Numbered from the stretch's first letter, positions 1-13,169 are shown. The stretch is DNA of 59,653 bases from Nemertoderma westbladi (GCA_032718475.1 JAUCBJ010000260.1:1-59653), one strand, 5' to 3'. Notes: generated by a model not told the origin, from the sequence alone. Made by a program: numbers and translations.

Positions 1-1637
1 GTTTTGGCCTGTGTTTGTTTGTGTGGTCTGTTCAGGTACCGTAATAGTTATTACTCAGATATTTTGTAGGCTGGATTGTTGTCTAGCTATTATTAGGTCT
101 GAAGAGATTGCTGCGTGTGTAGAGTTTGTCCGATAGAGTGCCAGTTAGTAAGTTGGGGCAGCCATAGCTGTAAGGTCAATCCCCTCTTAAAGAATAAGTC
201 GTACTACCGTGTTAGAACGCATACTAACTAACCATTTTGGAATCTGCACATACAGTAGTTTATTTAGGCTTGGTGGTAGTCTGCCAGCGTTTGGTTTGTA
301 TTTTGTTTGAGTATTCTGTACGGGTAGCGTAATATTTATTATTCAGAGTTTATGCGATTATTCGCAACATTCATGTCCCCAAGTTTATTCCTACAGTAAT
401 TGTGTTTGTTATACATACCGTTATAGTTAAATTAACCCCGGTACTACACGGGCTGCTTGGCGTAGGACAAGACTGGTGACTTTGTGCTCTGGTCACTCCA
501 GCAGATGCCGTGGTTCTTTTAACTGTTCAAGTATATTTAACTACTGATTATTTGTTGTACCAGTACTTGTACCTAATTTAGGGTTTAGTGTACAGTGCTT
601 TCCGAGGTAATTAGTGTGTAGGCAGTATATTTTGTGTTGTAAAGTGGTTAATAGGCACGCTGGATCTGGTAGTCCGCGGTAATTAACTTCTAGGTAGGAA
701 CACTCCGTGATACATAACGTAGTACCTATAGCGATACGGTTATAGGTCGTCAGGCGGTGGTATTTTCCTATCTGGACAGTGCAATATATTTACTACTACT
801 TATTATTTCAAATACCGTAGTACCCTGTCCGTTGTAATAAACCGAATTCTAACCCTTTGTTAGACTGGTTTGTAGACTTCCTGTAAAATTACCCTAAAAA
901 TTCGTACGTAATATTTTTTGTTGTGTTTAATTAGAGAATTAATCTCAACCATATCGTAAGTAATTTGTAGTATTAAGTAACTTAGGTAAATTAGAATTAT
1001 CTGTTTTAGTGTCCCATAGGTAACACTTCACTGAGAGCGCACAGCTTCTGTGTAGTGACTTCCCCAGAAATAATAACATTTATTTCAAATATTGACAAAA
1101 CCCCTTTTAAACGGGTATATATATATTATAAATCAACTCAAACGATTTATAAATAGTAGGCCTGCCATACAACAACTAGGTCTCAATATCAGTTGGACTA
1201 CTGCTTGAATAACGGTAATAAAGTAAGTTAAAGTAACCAAGTAACCCTAAAATATTCAGAAATTCAATTATTCTAAAATAATTGACATACCGGTATTTAC
1301 CATAGGCTTATTATATTTATTTCTATAAATTTGTGCTGAAATCATACCGGTATTCTGTAATTAATTCTAGTTCATAATTATACTTATATATACTATAAGT
1401 GTAAGCTGCATACCGGTATTCACGATAGGCCTATTATATATTTATATATATTTGTGCTAAAATTATATACCGGTACTCTGTGACAAACCTAGTTTACAAT
1501 ACTTATATATACTATAAGTGTATACCGGTATTCTAATATACTGTAATAAATTACCGTACTAGGCCAACAGTGATACTGAATTACTAGACTTGCTTTAACG
1601 TATTTATAGCCGTAGGCATTCAACTGTGTAAACAAAC

Positions 1638-4600
1638 ATGTCAGACACAACCCAATCACTGTCGGATAGTCTCTTAGAAAGTGTTAGAATGACTGTTAGA
1701 CAGTGCCTTAAAAAGATCAGTGACCCAGATCCAAGTATAGAACATCCTAGACCTAAGTCTAAGGCACCTACTATTGTAAAAAAGGCCATCCCTACAGTAG
1801 TAGTGTCAGACCCTAGGCTAGGAGAACAAGGTAGGTCTATCATCGGCACTCGGGCCCAAGTCAAGCGGGATCAAGAAGCAGCTGTCAAACCGCAGCAACA
1901 TCCTAGCCAAGAACCTAGTTCTCAGCGGCCCGATAGCTCCAGTAGTTCGGATACTGCTGAGCGGACACCCGAACGCGGAGCGAAGATGGCGGATACGGTT
2001 TATGATGAGCGGCCAACCTATGAAGAATCAACCGGCGCCACTTCTTCTCAAGTGGAAAGCGAGGTGGAAAGCGAAGTGGAAAGCGAATTAACAGCAGCAG
2101 AGAAGCCGCGAACTAGAGACGCCATTGACATCTATCTGTCAGACTATCAGCGATTCATAGGAGACGAAGAGTTGAGGAGACGACTGTCTGGACTTCGCCC
2201 TAATAGTGAAGGAACCAAGCTTGTGTTGGACGCAATCGATGCGGAAATGTTAGCTGCCAACCAAGCTAAATTTGATGAAAAACTCCGCCTCGTTAGAGTC
2301 CAAGAAGAACAATTAAAGAAAAGACGGATAGAGGAACAAAGGGAGGCGGCAATCGCAGAAGCCGAAGCAGAAAGAAAGGAGGCAGCGGCAATAGCCGAAG
2401 CAGAAATACAAAGAAAGGCAGCGGCGGCAGAAGCAAAGGCGGCCATGGCAGAAGCAGAAATACAAAGAAAGGCAGCGGCGGCAGAAGCAAAGGCGGCCAT
2501 GGCAGAAGCAGAAGCAAGGGCGAAAAAGGCAGTAGCAGAAGCAGAACGAAGAGCGTCTGAGCAGACTACCCAACTGGAGTTGGAGAAGCTGCAAGAGACG
2601 CAAGACAACATAAATAAACAGTTAACTGCTAGTCACATGCAGATGATGAGAAAATCTACTCCCAAACGCCAGGGCTATACTTCATCGGAGGAAAGCGAAA
2701 CCACCGATCCTGAAGGCGGAGGAAATAGATCTCGTCTAAGCAGGCGTAGAAAAACATCTTACCGTCACAAATTGCCTGATTTGCCCCCAGCTGTCAGAAG
2801 ACAACTAGCTAGCACAGACTTAGGTAGTACAGAACCTACAGACCAAACCATTCAGGTCAAAAGACTACCTACAATAGTTGATGAGCCTGAAATAATTAGG
2901 CCTGTCGTTCCCCAAGTCACTTCTGTGCTAGAGACCCCTGCACTTCCAGAGCTTAACTCTAAATTCCCTTTACACAGTACTACACTGCCTGTACCCGGTG
3001 GAACAGTCCATGCGAATATCCCCGTCCTGAGCATTGAGAGAGGAATCAAAGATTTGTCTCCCGTCGTCCCGCGTCAGCCCGCTACAATGTTGGCGACTCC
3101 CGCTTCGGCGGTTGAGTGGGTAGAGGAGGGACGGCGGGGGATGAACCTCCTGCTCGGACAGATGCAGGAGACTGTCCACCAGCTTAAGGGAACAGTAAGG
3201 GAAGGTAGAGCAGAGTTGCAAGAAGTGCAGCAAAGTATCGCACTAGAACGCGACAAATTAGTCAATATACAAAAGGGCATACCAATACCCCCTGTAACAT
3301 TGTGTCAACCTGTTAGGTCTGAAGTATTACATGCGCAAGGTGTGGAGCCTACACGCATCTATACTGCTAGTGAAGTAGAAACTCCTATAGCAAACCCTAT
3401 TAAGGGTGATTATAAACCTGTTGTTAATGATATTCCCTATAGACCTGATAATGATCCGAGAAATTTATATACCGATAATTCGATATTAAATAACACGATG
3501 GCCCAAGAAAGCTTTACGCGTCAGATGGCTAGAACAGAAGCCCGCCAAGCGGTTAAAGTAGGAGAGATCGTCAAATTCAATGGAGACGAAATGAAATGGT
3601 TACCTTTCAACGAATATTACAAAGACAGCATACAGAACTCTGTGCTATCTAACGGAGAGAAACTTAGGTTCCTCATCAAGTGCTTGGAAGGACCTCCCAA
3701 GTTAATGGCGTTAAAGTTTATTGGACATCCAGATGGATTAAGACAAGTTTGGGATACATTAAACATCAGGTATGGTAACAAGGATAACATAGCTAAGTAT
3801 TTGTATGCAAAATTAGTAGCCCCCCGACACTTCCTTAGTAGCGGGATTATAGAGTTTTCCGATGAAATTCAGGAGATCTGTAGACAATTGGACTGGTTAG
3901 GTAAGTCTCATGAATATCAGAGTTCCATGGTTATTGGAGCCGTAGTCTCTACTTTACCAAAGGGTGGAGTATGTACACGCTGGGACAAGAAAGTGTTGTA
4001 CATGAATGAACAACAACGACGAAGCCCTACCATGGCTGATCTCATGTCCTTCTTAGATAGCGAAGTAAAATTACAACTTATAAAGCAGTCCAGAGAGAAA
4101 ACATCGGAAAATAAGGTAAGTGAGAAACCCGTTTCTAGGAGAAGGATAATACCAGTGTGTTATACTGACGACGGCGAAAGCCAAGCTTCTCAAGAAGAGG
4201 ACAGCGGGAAAGACACAGCAAAATCTTACTATGACAACAAGACCTATAAAGACGTAAGTAAATACAAGTCTCGAACCAGTGACAGGAGAGAACAGGTAAC
4301 AACAACTCCTCCTACGTCTCCTAAGAGAATTCACGGAAGAAAGCCCGAAGAAAGAACGAGAGTGCATAACGTTACCCAAGGTAAGGTGAGTAACATCAAA
4401 CCAAAATGTGCGCTGTGCGACGGGCCCCACCGTTTGAGTGCGTGTGCTGAATTTCTAAAGAAATCCCTTGTAGACAGACGTACAGTCCTGTGGAATAAGC
4501 GGTTATGCTATAATTGCCTCAGATCAGGACACCAACGGCGAACCTGTTACTCCGACATAAAGTGTGCAAAGTGTGGCGCGAAACATCACATCTTGTTACA

Positions 4601-4913
4601 CAGTGAGTTCGAACGAGACAAACAGAGTCAGGTAAGTGAGCCCGAACTACATGTCCAATTCAGTGATGTAAATGACACTGATCAGGAGTCTGAGATGGAA
4701 GGATTCTATACTGACGAATTCTCCGACGCCAACGAATCCTGTTATCTAATCAATACCGCAGTGTATCGAGCACTTACTTATGGAAAGGACACCAACAATG
4801 AGTTTCCCCCAACTACTTTTGCCAAACAACCATCTTGGAAAGCTCCAACTTCCAACGTAGGAATCAGAGAATTTCCTGTAGTGCAGGTACCCAAGGAGGT
4901 GAGGTCTCTATAG
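1638..4913 (+). CDS. gag: BEL/Pao Gag, truncated by an insertion at about 4889
   Basis: KFNGDEMKW...EKLRFLIKCLEG...LNIRYG capsid-like (DUF1759-type) region and the BEL triple knuckle CALCDGPHRLSAC / CYNCLRSGHQRRTC / CAKCGAKHHILLH. Closely similar to 36911-41122. Confidence 0.9.
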   Translation: MSDTTQSLSDSLLESVRMTVRQCLKKISDPDPSIEHPRPKSKAPTIVKKAIPTVVVSDPRLGEQGRSIIGTRAQVKRDQEAAVKPQQHPSQEPSSQRPDSSSSSDTAERTPERGAKMADTVYDERPTYEESTGATSSQVESEVESEVESELTAAEKPRTRDAIDIYLSDYQRFIGDEELRRRLSGLRPNSEGTKLVLDAIDAEMLAANQAKFDEKLRLVRVQEEQLKKRRIEEQREAAIAEAEAERKEAAAIAEAEIQRKAAAAEAKAAMAEAEIQRKAAAAEAKAAMAEAEARAKKAVAEAERRASEQTTQLELEKLQETQDNINKQLTASHMQMMRKSTPKRQGYTSSEESETTDPEGGGNRSRLSRRRKTSYRHKLPDLPPAVRRQLASTDLGSTEPTDQTIQVKRLPTIVDEPEIIRPVVPQVTSVLETPALPELNSKFPLHSTTLPVPGGTVHANIPVLSIERGIKDLSPVVPRQPATMLATPASAVEWVEEGRRGMNLLLGQMQETVHQLKGTVREGRAELQEVQQSIALERDKLVNIQKGIPIPPVTLCQPVRSEVLHAQGVEPTRIYTASEVETPIANPIKGDYKPVVNDIPYRPDNDPRNLYTDNSILNNTMAQESFTRQMARTEARQAVKVGEIVKFNGDEMKWLPFNEYYKDSIQNSVLSNGEKLRFLIKCLEGPPKLMALKFIGHPDGLRQVWDTLNIRYGNKDNIAKYLYAKLVAPRHFLSSGIIEFSDEIQEICRQLDWLGKSHEYQSSMVIGAVVSTLPKGGVCTRWDKKVLYMNEQQRRSPTMADLMSFLDSEVKLQLIKQSREKTSENKVSEKPVSRRRIIPVCYTDDGESQASQEEDSGKDTAKSYYDNKTYKDVSKYKSRTSDRREQVTTTPPTSPKRIHGRKPEERTRVHNVTQGKVSNIKPKCALCDGPHRLSACAEFLKKSLVDRRTVLWNKRLCYNCLRSGHQRRTCYSDIKCAKCGAKHHILLHSEFERDKQSQVSEPELHVQFSDVNDTDQESEMEGFYTDEFSDANESCYLINTAVYRALTYGKDTNNEFPPTTFAKQPSWKAPTSNVGIREFPVVQVPKEVRSL

Positions 4914-6155
4914 GGGTGCCTGCAACAGGCGGCGGCGGACTCGCGAGGGTCTGGGGGCACGCTAAATCACTACTATAGTGCAGGGGAGTTACTGAAGGCC
5001 CTCGTGTCTTACGAACCATGAATCAACATGGTGCCGTGGTATCGCCTAGTCGGCCTGTTGCCGTACTGCCAGTCCTGTACACAGTAGGGGTGGTGACTTA
5101 GTGTGATCTGTGGTTTATGTGGTTTATGTGGTAGGTCTATGTTTGGTATGTATGAGTTGACCAGACTCTGTACTGTCTCCGATTGGTGGCCAAAACGTGT
5201 TTTTTCCCAGGGTAGCACTATTGGAATGGAGGTGTTGCATCGGAATGGACAGGTTCTGATGATTCTGTTGGTACTACTATTGGAATGGAGGTGGCACCCG
5301 GAATATCAGCTGCAAGGAGGGGTTGGTGTTGTAGTGTGGTCCGAGTGAATGATACTCTGGAATCTGTGGTTTGTGTGTGTACGTGGTATACGTGAGTGTA
5401 TGTATGGCTACTGCGAGTGGGTATGGGAACCCTTACCGGTTGGTTCAGTCGCCGCTGGTTATTAGTAGGACCATATTTTACTGCGCCCCAGCATACTTTG
5501 TGCACACAAAGTTATTTTACCCTGTCGGTAAAATAAAGTACTCTAGACTCTTTATCAGTCTATACAATTTTGTCCCCTCTGATTTTGTCACTGATTTTGT
5601 CCTCCCCGATTATGTCCCTGTGTGTGCGTGGTATGCGTCAGATTTGTGTTTACCGTTGTGTACTTGATTTCGTGAGCATCTATTGAGTACACGTGTACAG
5701 TGACTGGTAAGTGGTTACTTGTTCCTAGCTTTCGAGCTAGTCAGTATTGTTTGCGGAACCGACTTCCCCTCAATACTGCCGGCGAGGCGGGTGAAAACGG
5801 TCAATATTCCATGTTGGGTAGCGCAAGCCCACTTGGGACAAGACCGTTGGTTTGGCTCAAGGGCGACCTTGATGCTCGATCGCTATCGACTGGTCCACCT
5901 GCCGGTTGACTCTCTGAGTTGGCTCAATGTACAGTCAGGCCACAGCAAGTTGACAGTAGCCGACCATCTGGCTACACCGACGAGTTGTGCCGGTGTGATC
6001 GGGGGATTGAAAAGTGAACCCGGGAAGCATCGGGCTACCCTCCGGCCCGGTCTGATAAAAACATCAGTCGGACTGGCCCCAAGGGTGGTGGGACAGCGTC
6101 CGCCTCATGGGTGCGCCTCGGAGTCATCAGAGAGGAGCCCAGAAGGACGCAAGCG
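4889..6155. other. Unidentified ~1.27-kb insertion between Gag and protease
   Basis: The full copy reads CAGGT|AAGAGTTCAC contiguously (40616-40630). Here the two halves are separated by unrelated, more GC-rich sequence with no clear target duplication. Confidence 0.8.
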
Positions 6156-7107
6156 AAGAGTTCACGGTCCTAACAAAAGTTACATAGTGAACGCCCTCCT
6201 TGACTCCGGCAGCACAGGAACATTCATCGATCAAGAACTAGCCGAAGATATCTTTGCTGGACAACCCAAATTCCGGACTAAATTGAATATGTCAGGAATT
6301 ATGCAGGTTTGGAAATCTACCCTAACGGCAGACTACTATGTAGGTGTGTTGTCCACCCCCCAAGATAAATTAGGAGCACAAGGTATAAGGTCGGTAAAAA
6401 TGGTAGCTATAAAGAACTTCGCTACTACTCAAGCAGACCTTTATAATTGGGACGAGGATGAGAGCATCCAACATCTTAAGATACCTCGATTCCAGACAGA
6501 TTATCCTGGAGTGCAAATACTCATCGGCCAAAACGCGCATGAGGCGCTCGAGACATTGGAGAAACGGCCTGCTCAACCGCAGCCACTACAAACCTATGCG
6601 GTAAGAACTAGAGTAGGTTGGTACTTCACTGGCCCTTCCCGTAGAACTCTCAAAGAGAGATTACCTCAACAACAGGTATACCAAGTAAAGGAATGGGAAG
6701 TGGAGAGCAGTGAGGTGGACGACCCAACTGAGGGAACACCATACTCCTCAGATAAGGACGATATTAACTCCAATGTAGATCAATGGAGACATTGCCTTGG
6801 GACGATTAATCCAGCCGACATCGCTTCCAGAGGAGCAACTCCTCAAGAACTGATAGATACTCCAGGCTGGTTAGGTGGATCCGACTTCTTAAGTAAAGAA
6901 GAAGAAGAATGGCCTCCTTATCTTACCCCAGCGGAGATTAGACAGGCCAAGGGAGCGGAGAAAGTAACACAACAACTCAATCGCCCAGCTGGTCGTTTAT
7001 GTTTACTGGAAAGAGACCGAAAACTGTCCGGAAACTATGGAAGGCAAGATACTCTTCCTACGACCACTTCCCTAATCCGACAAATATCTAGGGACTCTAT
7101 AACGTAA
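6156..7107 (+). pseudogene. pol: Aspartic protease plus fused remnants of pol
   Basis: LLDSGSTGTFI protease motif, then a jump to QWRHC...NPADIASRG (RNase H end), then a jump to NRPAGRLCLLE (integrase C-terminus). Confidence 0.9.
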
Positions 7108-8730
7108 TAACATATGGAGTGGGCGTGTGGCTATATCATTTTATATTTGTTTTTATTTTATATTTATGTATGTATTATTATGTAATTTTATTATAATCGT
7201 TTTCTTTAATTTTATTTAGTATAATGTTATTTTAGTGATTATTTAGTAGATTAGTGCAATATATTAGTGTTTATTACGTACGTAATTACTTATAATATAT
7301 ATTCAGTGCGACGGCGAGAAATAATTTTTCTCTTTCCTTACTGTCCGTATCATATTATAAATACATGATTACAGTAAGATGAAATGTCCGTACTTCTTAA
7401 AGTACAATAAAGCCACTACTATATTCAAGTATTATTGGTAGGCAGAGTATTAGGAATGCAAAGTTCAGATCCTCGTGTCTCGGCTAAACCAAGCTCTGGG
7501 TAGACCTTGGAAACGACTTGCCTCTTCACACTGACATTGCTTCGTGCGATATTGCTCTTCTACCTTATATTAAATAATACATATAGTAGCGTGATGTCCC
7601 TCTAACAGTAGCGTAAAACGCAAATAAATCTGTTAAACTTTTGACCATCTGTAATTCTAGTCGATTAAGATATCGCGGCACCCACCGATATACTTGAAAG
7701 ACAAATTCTAGAATCAATGGTTAACGTCCCCAGACAAGTTCTGGAATAAATCGGTGCCCATCTTAAATATTAATTAATATTTAGTAAAATTCTGTAAAAT
7801 TCAGATCCTTTAAATTCCTAGTCAATTAAGATATCGTAGCACTTACCGATACTCTTAAAGGACAATTTTATAGAATTAAGGATCCTATGTCCCCAGACCT
7901 GCTCTGGAATCAAATTGTGACAATTTTAAAATCAAATAATAAAATTCACGGGAATAAATTCAATTTCATATTTTAAATGAATTTCATAAATTGTCATTTT
8001 GTACAATTTATAACATTCCCAAAATTCCATTAATTAATAGATCATGGGAGCGGAGATTCATCCTATTGAGTGTATTAGAGTGCGAGAATCTCCAACATAT
8101 AGTCAATAGCCGATAAAATTAATAAAATCATGCATAAAGAGGATATTGACAATTAAAGAATTATTATTAAATAGCATCCCAGATCTGTATGCATGAGAAT
8201 TACCCTAATTCTACCGCTAGCTTTCCATAATGTCACCATAGCAACACCCACGCTAGAATTAGAAGCAAGTTAAGAGAACAATAGAAAGCTTGTCACATTG
8301 CATAGCATAGAGAATACATAGCACACTGTTAGTATCCAAGGATACACAGTAATAACGTGACATTCTGGAAGGCACTGACTAACGGACAAATGGCCTGTAT
8401 GTGTACAATTGGTGACAGTTGTGTGGAATTTGTGCGTTTGTAGGTGAATGTTACTGCTAAGGTGTGTTTACAGTAGCTAGTCGCAATTGTGAAAGTAGCC
8501 CAACTCTCCTATAGAAAGAACCTAAAGTGGATTCAAGCCTTTGGGACGGACAGTGGAGTGACTTGTGCCGGTTATCGTTGTCGTGATGTTGCTACATGTT
8601 GGCGTAAACACCGCGACGACGGTACATCGGCGCTGAGAATCCCACTGTCCGGGGGCAAAGAGAAGTAGGCAGCGACGCCCGCTCGCCTAAATATAAACTT
8701 ATTTGATATTAATAAACTCAGATAGCAGAT

Positions 8731-9770
8731 ATGACGGAGTTGATAGAAGATGATCTTGGTATTAGGGAACGATATACTCTACCTTTACAAGCATTTGTGG
8801 ATAGCTTAATACGCGGTGAAGCCGATCCAACCATTACGGAGGACGATGGTCGTTATATCGAACCGCCGATGTCCCAAGAGCAACTTGCGCGTGAATTGGA
8901 CTATCGAAAATTCACCACTCGCTATACGAATCGTAACGGTACGTATATGGACTTCTTAACTACCAGCCATCCTATCGATTTACATGATACGGACGATGTA
9001 GACACCAAAAGGGAAATGGTTCTATTTAAATATCATACCCAGCGGGGTCGTAACGATAAACCGAGAATAGATCACGAAAATTCTATTCGTAACAGATTGG
9101 GAAGCGAACGCTGATTTACATTGTGATTCGCGCCATCGCTATTATCCCGGACGCGCTTACGAAGGAGTTTATGCGTTCCATCCTTATCTATTCGCTTCTG
9201 TCGAACAGAAATCACGCATATCGAGTTACGAACTACTGAAGCGCGTCGGAGAATGTATTTCAACCAAGTTCGTACGCAAATTTCTCAGGAGTGTTAATCC
9301 TAGCGACCTTCATTCCTATAACTTAATCAATTATATCCGTCAGGATCCGGACTATGGAGACTTATTTGTTAACTCACACCCCGAGTTACAGGAAGTATAT
9401 CGACGGCCTTACGAATACCGAGCCCGCGAACGCGAGTTGGAAAGGACCATTTAAACCCTGGAGGTTTCTAACTGCCTATGGTCCACCCACGGCCCTCGTT
9501 CAGACCACTCGTAAAGGACCCGTAAGAGCGGCTGTCTTGAAACGAGCTCTCAAAGCCGTTAGACCCCTCTCCCCTAACGTTGATGTCAATCAACCCGGTA
9601 CTTCGACTGGCGGTTACACCGACCATAATCCTACACCCTCTGATGCAATCATATTGCACCCTTCACCCAGGAGTTATAGCCCTCCTTGTAAAGTGGCTCG
9701 CCCCAAAGAGAAAAGGACTCTGGCTAGCTTTAAAAAACTGCGTAAACGCCGTCCGCGCAAGAAAGACTAA
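8731..9770 (+). pseudogene. Remnant of accessory ORF3 (N- and C-termini only)
   Basis: MTELIEDDLG... start and ...KKLRKRRPRKKD end match 46665-50918. About 3.2 kb, including the exonuclease and knuckles, is missing at ~9093. Confidence 0.9.
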
Positions 9771-9848
9771 CTGTTTAGAGTATTTACGTATATTAGAAAC
9801 TGTGATTTTTGTATATTTATAGACTCAAATCCCATTTTCTGGGAGCGG

Positions 9849-11118
9849 TGTAAAAGCTTCTGTGGGATATAACTGGCCCCTTTGCTTCGCAATCCAGTTT
9901 CCCCCCAGGCGCTGGAATACTCTAAAAAGGTTCTCTAACTGTATATATATTCCCCTCGCCCGCAAGGTACCGTTACAGGTGTTTTAACGGACATAAAAGT
10001 CATTCTGCTATATACGTGTTTTGGCGGACATGGTAAGGCAAAAAACCTGCAATGCACCAACTACCTTTCACAGCTTAGCCGTGATGATTCATATTACGAC
10101 ATCTAACAGCTGGTTGCTGACATGGAAACAGCCATTGGACGCATGGTTCTTTGTTTGGCTTGAGCCAATCAGAGCGATTTTTCCTGTCGACGTGTAGCTT
10201 TTCGGCCGATCATAAGGAGAGTGTTCAGTCTTACTGTTTTCACTTGATACTTTGTTGTTATTGCTGTCTAAGCCAGAAACACCGGCTCTAGAGTTAATTC
10301 TTTTCATACTTTAGAAGAAACATTAGTAGGCTTAAATTATAGAGCGTATGACTGTTATCGGTCCATATCAGTGCATATCGCTGTACATATCTGTTCATAT
10401 CATATCTTAACCTACCGTCTTAATGTTTTTACTGTTGTCATATCTTATATCAGTGGATTGAATATTATTTGGAGAACATTTATAAAGAACCCAAATTTCC
10501 CAATTTTCTTGATACACTACAGGTTAGAGAGGCGGGTTATATATATAGCGATTGCGACTTATATTATTGTGGTGTGTATTGAATTCAATGCTATTTGATA
10601 AGCCCTACATGAGTCCGTTGCTATTCTCTTTATATATGATAAAATTCATTGACGGTCGGCAAATTAGTGAGCAGTGTTGTGTGTTACCGGTAGTGTGCAT
10701 GATTGTGGCTGATAACTAAGCATTTCCTAAAGAATGCGCCTCATACGTGAATCATAAGCCTTACCGACTTACCGTTGTGATTAGTATAAGTCATAGCTCT
10801 GTTTACTTAGATAGAGCGCCACGTCCTAAAGGAACTGTTAATATTTCCCGAAAGTGAATAATATTAGTCAGAAATTAATTATTAACGATCAATCGAATAA
10901 TACAATACCGTAAGCTTCACTGCAATAATAATCTAAGCCGACAGAATCCAGTCTCCCGGGATTATCCAGCGGGTGAATGGACGCGCACTAGGCTGGCTTC
11001 TGCTAATGTTGTGTTTATTGGTATTAAATATTTGTCATCTTCTAAAGTATATTTATAAATCAAAAGACATATAAATTTTGGCAGGTTAAACTGCTAAAGG
11101 TCTTCAAAAGCGCGTACA
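9849..11118 (+). repeat. 3' LTR of the deleted BEL copy (1270 bp)
   Basis: Starts TGTAAAAGC after GGGAGCGG and ends GGTCTTCAAAAGCGCGTACA. Its 3' half is homologous to the LTRs at 33569 and 50997. Confidence 0.9.
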
Positions 11119-13169
11119 CATGCTTTGTTATAAATGGTGCCGATTGCGCATAGCACGATTTAACAAAAGTTGTATCCATTTGCTCTGAGAAAGTAAGTGC
11201 ACTGCACTGGAAATGTTTCAAAAGTTCTGATCTATTATACTGCGAGCTAAGCATCGAGTTAAGCCTAGGCATGGGATATGCATCCATACACTTGGAATAA
11301 ACAGAGCCCAAGCCGACATAGTTCGCGGACTTAGTATATCCAGCATTCTTTTGAAGACACGCATGAAGTATAGACTGAAGTAGAGTGTTGGGACACGATT
11401 GTATCCTGTGGATCATATTCGTGCCGGTTTTGAATATTTCTGCTGAGAACGAATAACATCCGAGTAAAGAGTAGACTACAGCATTGCTCGCATATGACCC
11501 GAGAAACAATAGACCCCGGAGGATCTTGCGATAATAAATATCTAGTTGCTGAAGCTCTGAGTTTGTGAGTGATCCGACGAAGAATTTTGCTGTATAAAGC
11601 ACCGTAGGAATAGCAACAGTTCTCCATATATAACCGAGAGTATCCACATCCAGCCATCGAATTGTCCAACCATTCTTGTGGAATCTATCCGAGACACTCG
11701 CGATTATTTGGATGCAATCTTGCAGATGGCATTTCTTGCTAGTGTTTACTGGAAAACCCAGAAATGTGATTTGCTCACAAGACGTTATAAGGGTTCCATT
11801 TATATTTATTAGTGATGGTATAGATTGTGAAGAGCAGCCTTGACCGAGACAATACGCCCACTTGGTTTTACTCCCCTCAATCTTGAGACCTATCTTTGCC
11901 AATTGTGTTTCTACGATTTCAACAGCTGTAGTTAATTCCCCCACTGTTCTTCCAATCAACAATATATCATCTGCGTAACCTATAGAACCGAGCCACAAAA
12001 GATCCAGTAGAAACCCCAAACCAGATTCATCCAAGCAATGAAGCACATCTCTTGTGTAAAAAATAAATAAAGCGGGAGAGGTCAACGAACCTTGTTTAAC
12101 ACCTTTTGTTATTGGTATGCCTTCAACCTGAACCTCATTTCCAAATTTAAGATATGCCACTGTACATAAGTAATAGTTGAGAAGTGCAAGACACACATAT
12201 GGGTTCACATTATCCTTCAAATTCCGGAATAAACAGACGAATTCGACATAATCAAAGGCACCAGTCACATCCAACTGACATAGAAACACTGTGTTACCAG
12301 ACCGACGCTGAGACTCCAAGAATTCTAACAAAGCACTTATAACCAAATCTGAGCCTATCTTCTTCTGATACGCAAATTGAGCATTAGGAATCAAATCTTG
12401 TATCGGCAAAAATTCCAGAAGGACAATAGATTCAAATATTTTTCCGAACAGACTCACTGTGGCTATTTGTCTGAAAGATTTATGATGGTTGATGTCACGT
12501 CCCTTTCCCTTATACAGACTTGTTAATATTGTTTCACCAAAAAACTCAGGTATATGTCCAGTTCTTAAACACACATTTATAATGTCTGCAAGAATTCTGC
12601 AAATAAAGTTAGCGTCCAGGCTAAGCACATGTTCAATAACAAGGCCCATTGTATCTGGAGATTTGCCGGTGGATATAGCCAAAATTGCTCGCTGTAGTGT
12701 CATAGCAGAGACAGTAGGTACCACCGCGTCTGGGCAGCTATTCTGCAAGTCCGATTTCAGTTCATTGATGGAAGTGTAGAACTCTTTACCTGGAAAATTT
12801 CTCTCTTCTAGTGCAGACCTTATCTTTTCCTGGGCATTTGTTGGTATTGTTCCACTCGTAATTTTATTAGAAGCAATGCTCTGCCAGAATTTGCTCGGAT
12901 TTGAGGTCATTGTGGCTGCAACCTTCCTGACATTGGCTGAAACTAGATTTCTAGCAAGGAAATTTTTGAGACGCCGAACTGATTTTTTGGACTCCTGATA
13001 CGCTTTACCATAATTGCTATCCATACATTGGCCATCACGACACCACAGGTTATATAGATCCTTTGTAGTTTTTGCCATTATATGTAACCTTGAAGATCTA
13101 ATCCTTATGTTATTTGTCTTGCGTTTGTGTTTAATGGATGGCAGAATTTTAGAAGCTGACTGACAAATG
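11119..13169 (-). mobile_element. Non-LTR retrotransposon reverse transcriptase ORF (possibly RTE-X-like), cut at both ends
   Basis: ORF 13177-11060 has QFAY, LDVTGAFD, GVKQGSLTSP and YADD. Its last ~19 codons come from the BEL LTR inserted into it, and its 5' end abuts the inverted-repeat element. Confidence 0.85.

Larger units (their letters stand above)
1..11118 (+). mobile_element. Internally deleted BEL/Pao LTR retrotransposon, same family as 33569-52183; 5' LTR lies upstream of the window
   Basis: Position 1 aligns to about 35283 of the full copy. Leader, gag, protease, pol remnants, spacer, ORF3 remnants and 3' LTR are collinear with it. RT, most of RNase H, integrase and most of ORF3 are deleted. 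Confidence 0.95.

Noticed and set aside
6095-6135. Hammerhead ribozyme (CTGATGA on the minus strand)
   Set aside because: No correctly placed GAAA or stem II.
5719-6155. N-terminal part of the 462-aa ORF as a real protease leader
   Set aside because: It derives from the foreign insertion and has no recognisable motif.
6760-6970. Pol deletions as splicing products
   Set aside because: The junctions do not remove clean GT...AG segments of the full copy.
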